A stretch of DNA of 64,000 nucleotides from Patescibacteria group bacterium. Lineage in GTDB: Bacteria > Patescibacteriota > Minisyncoccia > Phycocordibacterales > JACOZG01. Positions 10,385 to 17,093 of this stretch are shown piece by piece; the stretch's first letter is position 1; each line of letters begins with the position of its first letter. The stretch covers positions 3,170-67,169 of the forward strand of contig JBBTTC010000001.1 of NCBI GenBank assembly GCA_038064435.1, given 5' to 3'. The notes under the pieces are model-generated. The model was not told the origin of the DNA. It worked only from the letters and a program-made list of their open reading frames with translations, and made no database searches. The translations under genes and the position numbers were made by a program.

Positions 10385-10449
10385 TTTAGTCAACCATTCG
10401 CGTGTGTTACGCGATTAAATAGCTGGAAACAGCCAGAAAGGAGAAGGTG

Positions 10450-11715
10450 ATGGGACGGATTTTAGGTATTCGCCATCGGCGGAAGAAAACGGTTGAGGGC
10501 GAACCTCGGCCGACCCAAGTGGTGATTGTGGACGGTGTTAAAGACGCCATCTACAATTTACCAGACGATCAGGCCGAACTGGATTTTGTTTTTGGCCTCT
10601 TCCCGATTCGTTATCGAGCGACAACGCCCGACGATGAAGCTGGTGATTTTCATTCTCACCAGCTTAAGTGGCGCAAACTGGACCCAGCCACCGAGGATCC
10701 GGAAAAAATCAAAGTTGACCACGTGAAAAAGAGTGGGAAAAAGTACTTGGTTCTCGATAAGGTGCCCTGCGATTTTGCCGGGCCGCGGCGCGGTGACGTT
10801 GTCGCCCTACCGCTCGGTGGATCTGGCGACATGCTGTCTTACGCCTTGGTGCGCCGTGCGGAAGAAATTGGCGCCGCCGTCGTTCGTCTTCCCCCTTTTC
10901 GTCTCAAGGTTGAACGGGGAGATGAAGACAAGGATGAGGATGTTCGGCTCATTGCCCGCCTGGTGGCCGAGAAGCCGGAACTTTTTTATCCCATCCAGTC
11001 GCGCGACAAGCAGGTGATCTTGATGCGCGAATTGTTCCGGGAACGCATCAACGCCATGAAGGCGCGAATTGCCGGCGAACAGCAGTTGTATCAGGTTTTC
11101 GTTGGTAAAATATTTACCAATGTTTCGCCGGAGGCCGAGATTGAAAAGCGTTTTGAAGAGGAAAAGGCCAATAGCCAGATTCTTCAAAACTTGTTGACGC
11201 TCGAAAAGGAGGCCAATGGGCGGCTTTTCTCGGCCATTGAAGACTTGGATATCTATCAACATGTTTTTGCACCGATCGAGGGCGTCGGGCCACAAACGGC
11301 CGCTCGCGTCTTGGCTGGCGTGGTAGATATTCGTCGTTTTCCCGATCGCGAGAAGTTTGTGGCTTTTTGCGGCGTGTCGCCCGGACAACCGGATGGCAGG
11401 TTTCGCCGCCGGCGACGAGGGGAGATTGGCAATTGGTCACCGGCGGTGCGGCAAGGGCTTTGGCTCATTGTTGCCGATCAGGCCAATAAGCGCCCGGATT
11501 CGATCTGGGGTCAGCGGCTCCGGCAAATTAAAGCCGAGTTGCGGGCCAAGCATCCCGAGGTGGTGATCGACAATGGCAAAAGGCGTTACACCGACGGCCA
11601 TATCCACAAAATGGCCATTTGGAAAACGGCCGTTAAATTGGCTCGCTATATCTATCGTGAGTGGTCGGCGCTGGAGAACCAAGCCGGCGGTGAGTCACAA
11701 GTCGCCGTGGCTTGA
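10450..11715 (+). CDS. IS110-related RuvC-fold + coiled-coil + Nop/Transposase_20 domain protein (TIGR-associated Tas-like), catalytic residues apparently degenerate
   Basis: IEGVGPQTAARVLAGVVDIRRFPDREKFVAFCGV is the IS110/Nop C-terminal signature; GIRHRRK stands where GID is expected; no SG motif after CGVSP; SD AAAGGAG 6 nt before ATG 10450. Confidence 0.8.
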   Translation: MGRILGIRHRRKKTVEGEPRPTQVVIVDGVKDAIYNLPDDQAELDFVFGLFPIRYRATTPDDEAGDFHSHQLKWRKLDPATEDPEKIKVDHVKKSGKKYLVLDKVPCDFAGPRRGDVVALPLGGSGDMLSYALVRRAEEIGAAVVRLPPFRLKVERGDEDKDEDVRLIARLVAEKPELFYPIQSRDKQVILMRELFRERINAMKARIAGEQQLYQVFVGKIFTNVSPEAEIEKRFEEEKANSQILQNLLTLEKEANGRLFSAIEDLDIYQHVFAPIEGVGPQTAARVLAGVVDIRRFPDREKFVAFCGVSPGQPDGRFRRRRRGEIGNWSPAVRQGLWLIVADQANKRPDSIWGQRLRQIKAELRAKHPEVVIDNGKRRYTDGHIHKMAIWKTAVKLARYIYREWSALENQAGGESQVAVA

Positions 11716-11723
11716 CGGTAAAC

Positions 11724-11933
11724 TGCCGGTAGTGATTTGGAGGTGCTTCACGAAAGTGATTTCCCACGTCTTCACCGCCGGCACATTATTGGGTTGAGGG
11801 TGATTACATACACTTTTCCATACCGGAATTGAAAGGAATTTCACTCCCAACCCAAACTTTGTCCGTGGTGAGCTGGCGGGATTTGGAACACGTTCCTCTC
11901 GTAGGATGGGTCAGCGTTTCGCCACCAACTCAT
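11724..11933 (+). repeat. Array of three guide-like stem-loop units (TIGR-like stem-loop array)
   Basis: Units 11724-11783, 11790-11854 and 11868-11933, each with outer stem, GAT, 10 variable nt, short hairpin, 10 variable nt, TTC. Confidence 0.8.
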
Positions 11934-11937
11934 TTCA

Positions 11938-11979
11938 GGGCCTGCTTTGATCTCAAGTCACAGCGGGCCTTTTTCTTTT
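11938..11979 (+). terminator. Intrinsic terminator ending the array
   Basis: GGCCTGCT..AGCGGGCC followed by TTTTTCTTTT; homologous to 12935-12971. Confidence 0.75.
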
Positions 11980-12075
11980 CACACGGCTTCTCTTATGGCC
12001 GGCGACTCTAAAATTACAACACGTTTTCTTAATCTACGTCGGAAGTCTGACTTTGGCTTTTTGTGTCCAAAGAAA

Positions 12076-12153
12076 GTGGTCATGATGTAGGCTGGTTAAC
12101 ACAATCGCCTGTCATGCGATAGATCGCCGGTTCAAGTCCGGTTGGCCGCGCCA
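12076..12153 (+). tRNA. tRNA-Asp(GTC)
   Basis: Acceptor GTGGTCA/TGGCCGC, anticodon arm ATCGC-CTGTCAT-GCGAT, T arm CCGG-TTCAAGT-CCGG, discriminator G and encoded CCA. Confidence 0.92.
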
Positions 12154-12204
12154 GAAGTTTTTCAATAGAAACTAAAGTTCGCTTGTGTTATAGTGTCTAG
12201 TATT

Positions 12205-12417
12205 ATGCGACAAGGAACATTTCCTATCATTTTAGAAAGAGAAAAGGAGGGCGGGTATTCGGTGACCAATCTTGCACTCGAAGGTTGTTATAGCCAAGGA
12301 GAAACCATCGAAGAGGCCTTGGAAAATATCAAAGAAGCCACACTTTTGTGTCTTGAAGACAAAGATGTGTCTCGGGTGGAAAAAGAGGATGTGAGTCTAC
12401 ATCTGATCACCGTTTAA
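12205..12417 (+). CDS. hicB: HicB-family antitoxin (short form)
   Basis: EKEGGYSV..LEGCYSQGETIEEALENIKEA. Confidence 0.88.
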   Translation: MRQGTFPIILEREKEGGYSVTNLALEGCYSQGETIEEALENIKEATLLCLEDKDVSRVEKEDVSLHLITV

Positions 12418-12421
12418 TCGT

Positions 12422-12649
12422 ATGTCTGGGTTTCCGGCTATTTCCGGTGCCGAGTTGATTAAAATTCTTGAAAAGAAAGGTTATCAACAAATTAGAACTC
12501 GCGGTAGTCATGTTCGGTTCTATCCGCCGAGTTTTGTGGTTAATGCCAAAAAGGTGACCGTGCCTTTGCATAAGCGAATTAAATTAGGCACTCTTTCTCG
12601 TATTATCAAAGATGCTGGTTTAAGTGCCGATGATTTAAAAGGAAAGTAA
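12422..12649 (+). CDS. hicA: HicA-family mRNA interferase toxin
   Basis: ELIKILEKKGY..RTRGSH..VTVPLH..GTLSRIIKDAGL. Confidence 0.9.
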   Translation: MSGFPAISGAELIKILEKKGYQQIRTRGSHVRFYPPSFVVNAKKVTVPLHKRIKLGTLSRIIKDAGLSADDLKGK

Positions 12650-12755
12650 TTGAAGTATATATTTATTGCTTCTCAATTTTTTAAACACTGATATATTTTT
12701 AACTACACTTCAAGAGCGCCATTGTTCATGTTGGAAGTTTGACTTCGGTTTAGGA

Positions 12756-12807
12756 TTGACACATTTGTTATGGATTGCTAGCGTGTTGGAAGTCTCGTTC
12801 GTTAAAA
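12756..12807 (+). promoter_or_regulatory. Promoter and boxA-like motif of the orphan mini-array
   Basis: TTGACA-17 bp-TAGCGT then GTTCGTTAAAA; shares ATTTG..ATTGCTAG.GTGTTGGA.GT with 10272-10310. Confidence 0.72.
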
Positions 12808-12934
12808 TGCCTGCGATGATTTGAAGGTGATTCCCAAAAGGGATGGGACTGCTGTTCACCGCCGGTACATTATTGGGTTGAGGGTGATTTTATGATCGTT
12901 TCCAAATCGGAATTGACGGGAGCTTCACTCTCAA
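12808..12934 (+). repeat. Orphan two-unit guide-like stem-loop array
   Basis: Paralogue of 11724-11854: scaffold TTCACCGCCGG.ACATTATTGGGTTGAGGGTGAT conserved while the 10-nt segments differ. Confidence 0.8.
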
Positions 12935-12971
12935 GGCCTGCCTTGATCACAAATCTCGGCGGGCTTTTTTT
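12935..12971 (+). terminator. Intrinsic terminator of the orphan array
   Basis: GCCTGCC..GGCGGGC followed by 7 T. Confidence 0.75.
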
Positions 12972-13108
12972 GTGCTTGACTTCGGAAGCATATTGGTCTA
13001 GTATGGAGGGGTAGTTTTTACGTCGGTTTCTAGCCAAAAACTAGTAATAGCGAAAGCCCCGACGGGAAAGCGGGTCGTGTTACAAAAATAAAAATTCAAC
13101 TAGTTAGT

Positions 13109-13414
13109 ATGGCTAAGAAGCTTTATGTCGGCGGTCTTTCTTATGGAACGACCGAAGCGACACTTCGTGAGCATTTCACTCAAGCCGGAACTGTGGACAC
13201 AGCCACCGTCATCATGGATAAGATGACTGGTCGTTCCAAGGGTTTTGGTTTTGTGGAGATGACGAACGACGAGGAAGCGCAAAATGCCATCTCGATGCTT
13301 AACGGCAAAGAGTTGGAGGGACGCAAGTTGACGGTCAATGAAGCCCGTCCGCTTGAGCCCCGCGCTCCACGTAATGGCGGCGGCTTTGACCGCGGCCGTG
13401 GTGGCAATTGGTAG
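13109..13414 (+). CDS. RRM (RNP-1) RNA-binding protein
   Basis: KLYVGGLS (RNP-2), KGFGFVEM (RNP-1), Gly/Arg-rich tail. Confidence 0.93.
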   Translation: MAKKLYVGGLSYGTTEATLREHFTQAGTVDTATVIMDKMTGRSKGFGFVEMTNDEEAQNAISMLNGKELEGRKLTVNEARPLEPRAPRNGGGFDRGRGGNW

Positions 13415-13431
13415 TACCAGTTGTCAGCAAC

Positions 13432-13465
13432 AAAAAAACTGTTAGCCTCGGCTGGCAGTTTTTTT
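13432..13465. terminator. Bidirectional terminator between convergent genes
   Basis: A run, CTGTTAGCC/GGCTGGCAG stem, T run. Confidence 0.7.
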
Positions 13466-13472
13466 GTTGTTT

Positions 13473-14705
13473 TTACTCTTTAGCCGCTTCCAGCACTAAG
13501 CGCACGGTTTTAGTTTCGCCCTGATGCCAAATTTTCAAACTCACTGTTTGCCCCACAGACTGTTTGCGAATCAAACTGGCAAGACTGTGCTCATCGTCGA
13601 GTTTAACACCATCAACTTCGAGAATAATATCGTTTTCCACCACACCAGCTTTGCCGGCGGGTGAACCGGGGATCACGGCAATTTCGTTTTGACTATTGCC
13701 GCGCGCTACCAACACACCGTAATCGAAGGGCAATTTATTGGTTGCTTGCAGGGCGGGAGTGATCGCGGTGTAGCGCACGCCGATGTATGGCCGCACGATC
13801 TTGCCGGTTTTTTTAACGGATTCCACGACACTTTTAACCACATTGGCTGGCAGAGCAAAACCAATATTTTCTGAGCCGCGCGCCACGGCCACGTTAACGC
13901 CGACGACTCGTCCGTCCAAAGTGATGAGCGGTCCACCGGAATTACCCGGATTAATCGCGGCATCCGTTTGGATTACTTCATCCAATTGTTCGGACTGGCC
14001 AAAAGCATCGGCGGCCACGATCGAGCGATACAAGCCAGAGATCACGCCCACCGACACCGTGTTTTTAAATTCCCCCAGCGCATTACCAATAGCAATGGCT
14101 GATTGCCCGACCTTCAGCGTATCGGAATCACCGAAAGTTAAATAATGAAAATTGTTCGGCCCCTTAATTTTAATAATAGCCACATCGAGAATGGGATCGC
14201 GAGCCACTACCTCCACTGGGTATTTGTTGCCGCTGGAAGTAACGGCCGTGTAGCTGGCGTCTTTGTCTTCAACCACGTGGCGATTGGTAATGGCCAAGCC
14301 GTCGGCGGCCACGATAAAGCCGGAACCTCCGCCAATCTCGCGGCGCTCAGTGCCACCACTGCGCTGACGAGGGATTTGGAAACCAAGGGGGCCAAAAAAG
14401 TCACCGAAGGGATCGAATTCCTCGTAGTATTGTTCAATGACCGGTACGTCTTTAGTGACGACAATTGAGATTACGGCGGGACTGGCTTTGGCCACGGTGG
14501 CCACAACTATTGTTTCCGGCGAAAGCAAATTTAGATTGGATGGTTTGGTTGGTGAGGCATTGCTTTGCAAGTATTTCGCAGCTAAATTGGCAAATAACTC
14601 GTTGCCGTGCCAACGCATATAGGCGCTGCCTGCGATCACGATGACGAGTAAGGTTATAACGCTTGATAGAATGGCCGTCAGCCACAAATTTTTTTGCTCG
14701 CTCAT
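13473..14705 (-). CDS. HtrA/DegP-family serine protease with PDZ domain
   Basis: GSGFI, TNRHVV, IQTDAAINPGNSGGPL, C-terminal PDZ, N-terminal TM. Confidence 0.93.
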   Translation of the reverse strand: MSEQKNLWLTAILSSVITLLVIVIAGSAYMRWHGNELFANLAAKYLQSNASPTKPSNLNLLSPETIVVATVAKASPAVISIVVTKDVPVIEQYYEEFDPFGDFFGPLGFQIPRQRSGGTERREIGGGSGFIVAADGLAITNRHVVEDKDASYTAVTSSGNKYPVEVVARDPILDVAIIKIKGPNNFHYLTFGDSDTLKVGQSAIAIGNALGEFKNTVSVGVISGLYRSIVAADAFGQSEQLDEVIQTDAAINPGNSGGPLITLDGRVVGVNVAVARGSENIGFALPANVVKSVVESVKKTGKIVRPYIGVRYTAITPALQATNKLPFDYGVLVARGNSQNEIAVIPGSPAGKAGVVENDIILEVDGVKLDDEHSLASLIRKQSVGQTVSLKIWHQGETKTVRLVLEAAKE

Positions 14706-15691
14706 ATTTTCTGTACTTTATAATCGGCCGGTGCGCTGTTTAGTAACTCTTCCAGTTCGGGGCGAGTGAGGAGTCCAGCTTGCGCGCCGATTTTTTGCAC
14801 CACTGACATGGAATTAATCGGGCCCCAGCGTAAGGCTTCGCTCATGGGTTTGCCCATCGCCAATGCCGAGGTCACGGTGGAGGCCAGGGCATCGCCGGCG
14901 CCAGTACGTTGGAGGGGTGGCGCTGGATCGGGGTAAGGCGGCATAAACCAGTGCTGACCATCGGCTAGGGCGTAGGCGCCACGTGGTCCATCAGTGATAA
15001 CCACAATTTTGGGTCCGTATTCAGCAATTTGGGTCAGTAAACTTTTTACTTCGGCGTTATTGTTATTCAGCAAACGTTTGGCCTCTTCAACATTGCAAAA
15101 AAAGATTTCCGTTCGCTTATACAAACCAGCTAATTCCTGCAGACCGGCTTTAAGTTGAAAAGTTCCGGGCTGGAAGGCTAGTTTGACCTCGGGATGTTCG
15201 TTGAGGTAACGAATAATTTGCTGATGATAGTTCATGGATGTTTCGCCAATCGAACTCAAATAGATCCAGCGCGGCGGAGCTAGTTCGGGCAAAACGTAGG
15301 GATAGACTTCGTGTTTAATTAAGATTGTACGTTCGTCTTCATACCACAAAACGTAGTGGTAGTTAGTTTTTAGGCTGCTGTGTTTTTTAATCAGATGAGT
15401 TTGCACACCATTTTGTTCCAGGGCTTTTATGGCCCTGTTTCCCTCCTCGTCATCACCGAGATCGGTGAGCAAAGCCGAATGGAGGCCGAGCCGCGCGGCC
15501 GCCACGGCCGCGTTGGGGCTGTTGCCCACGGCCGGCACCACGGTGACTGATTCATAAGGCACTTTGTCACCAAAGCTCAGGCAGATTTGGCAATGCTCAT
15601 GTTTAGCGTCGCAGTTTATCTTTGCCTCCTTGAGGCGAATGAAGGCATCGGTGGTAATGTCGCCAATCGCCAGAAAATCAATTTGTTCCAT
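14702..15691 (-). CDS. PfkB-family carbohydrate kinase
   Basis: GNSPNAAVAAARLG, VVITDGPRGA, RTGAGDA; start taken at MEQIDF. Confidence 0.88.
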   Translation of the reverse strand: MEQIDFLAIGDITTDAFIRLKEAKINCDAKHEHCQICLSFGDKVPYESVTVVPAVGNSPNAAVAAARLGLHSALLTDLGDDEEGNRAIKALEQNGVQTHLIKKHSSLKTNYHYVLWYEDERTILIKHEVYPYVLPELAPPRWIYLSSIGETSMNYHQQIIRYLNEHPEVKLAFQPGTFQLKAGLQELAGLYKRTEIFFCNVEEAKRLLNNNNAEVKSLLTQIAEYGPKIVVITDGPRGAYALADGQHWFMPPYPDPAPPLQRTGAGDALASTVTSALAMGKPMSEALRWGPINSMSVVQKIGAQAGLLTRPELEELLNSAPADYKVQKI

Positions 15692-15716
15692 GTCTAAGAT
15701 TTTATAAAAAAAATAA

Positions 15717-16589
15717 TTATTTCGCCACTGGCGTGTAATTTTTGATGAAGTCGGACCAGGCCAGTTCTTGGCGACTCTCGGGCACAACACGGTCGATGAT
15801 AAATTGGCCGCGGTCGAGGCGGGCATCTTTGACTATCACTCGTATCATCAAGTTTTGTCGGCCGGTGGCCCAAAAGTAAACCCCTGGCCAGGGTGTGAGG
15901 GCGCGAAATTTACGGTAATTAATTTGTGGGTCATCGCCCCGCTTAAGTTCACCCATTTCCTTGCTAATTTTATGGGTGAAGGTGGCTAGATCGTGATTTT
16001 GTGCTTGCGGTTCGATTTCACCAGCAATCCAACGTGGCAAAATTTTGGCTAAGAGGTCGGCACCGGTCTCGGCTAAACGGTCGCGTAGTTCCTGAAAGCC
16101 TAGTTCACCAACGTTTACCTTTTGACTGGCGATCATCGGCCCGTGATCTAGCTCGTCGTCGAGTTTTATAATTGTGACTCCTGTCTCGGTCTGGCCGGTC
16201 AAAATGGCGCTCTGGATTGGCGACGGGCCGCGGCCGAGCGGTAGGAGCGAAGGGTGGATATTGAGTACGCCATGAGCAGGTATGGCCAATATGGCCGGCG
16301 GCAATAGGCGGCCGTAAGAGGCAACAATAAATAAGTCATCATTGTTGGATTTTAAATTCGTGAATAGTTCGATGGTCTGCTCGGCTTGCCAGACCTCCAA
16401 TCTTTTTTTTTGAGCAAAGAGTTTGAGTGGTGGGGGCGTGAGGATCAATTTTCGGCCGCGAGGCTGATCGGGGACAGTCACCACCACGCTGGGGCGGTAA
16501 CCTTTTTCGAGCAAAGCGCCAAGCGTCACCACGGCAAATTCGTCGGTGCCGAAGAAAGCAAAGTTGATGACCGATTTGGTGTCAGTCAT
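15717..16589 (-). CDS. fmt: Methionyl-tRNA formyltransferase
   Basis: FFGTDEFA, VASYG, LNIHPSLLP..RGPSPIQ; adjacent to def. Confidence 0.94.
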   Translation of the reverse strand: MTDTKSVINFAFFGTDEFAVVTLGALLEKGYRPSVVVTVPDQPRGRKLILTPPPLKLFAQKKRLEVWQAEQTIELFTNLKSNNDDLFIVASYGRLLPPAILAIPAHGVLNIHPSLLPLGRGPSPIQSAILTGQTETGVTIIKLDDELDHGPMIASQKVNVGELGFQELRDRLAETGADLLAKILPRWIAGEIEPQAQNHDLATFTHKISKEMGELKRGDDPQINYRKFRALTPWPGVYFWATGRQNLMIRVIVKDARLDRGQFIIDRVVPESRQELAWSDFIKNYTPVAK

Positions 16590-17085
16590 TGGTGATGGTG
16601 CGCAGGGCGCGAGCTTGGTCAATAAATAATTTTCCATCAAGGTGATCAATCTCGTGTTGAAAGATCTGTGCCAGTAGACCGCTGGCGCTCCGTTCAAATC
16701 TATTGCCGTGTTCGTCTTGAGCGCTAATGGTGACGCGGGTGGAGCGCTTGATCAGGCCATACACCGAGCGAACGCTCAAACATCCTTCTTCCAGCTCACT
16801 TTTTTGTCGTGATTGACGTTTGATCGCTGGGTTGGCAAAAATCAGGTAATTCTCGGTGGTTTTGTTTTTGGGGGCATCAAAAGCCTTGGGCGAGACGATA
16901 AAGAGACGCTGATTAATCCCAATTTGCGGTGCGGCGAGAGCAATACCATCAGGGCAGGCGGCGAGGGTCGCTCTCATCTCATTTAGCAGATCACTAAAGG
17001 CCGTCGTGTTAAATTCTTTTTCGGTTAATACTCTAGACACTTGCCGTAGGCGCGGATCGTTGGTTTGGATAATGGTTGCTGGCAT
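16582..17085 (-). CDS. def: Peptide deformylase
   Basis: GIALAAPQIG, EGCLS, QHEIDHLDG. Confidence 0.97.
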   Translation of the reverse strand: MPATIIQTNDPRLRQVSRVLTEKEFNTTAFSDLLNEMRATLAACPDGIALAAPQIGINQRLFIVSPKAFDAPKNKTTENYLIFANPAIKRQSRQKSELEEGCLSVRSVYGLIKRSTRVTISAQDEHGNRFERSASGLLAQIFQHEIDHLDGKLFIDQARALRTITND

Positions 17086-17093
17086 TGGTGTTA

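Noticed and set aside
10447-11715. Ordinary active IS110/IS1111 insertion sequence
   Set aside because: The DEDD tetrad and SG serine are not recognisable, no sub-terminal inverted repeats were seen, and several guide-like units with separate promoter and terminator are present.
11573-12011. ORFs 11573-11797 and 11829-12011
   Set aside because: They overlap the structured array and terminator, lack start signals and resemble no protein family.
11724-12934. CRISPR array
   Set aside because: No identical 23-47 bp direct repeats with 30-40 bp spacers and no cas genes; the variable segments are only 10 nt and lie inside stem-loops.
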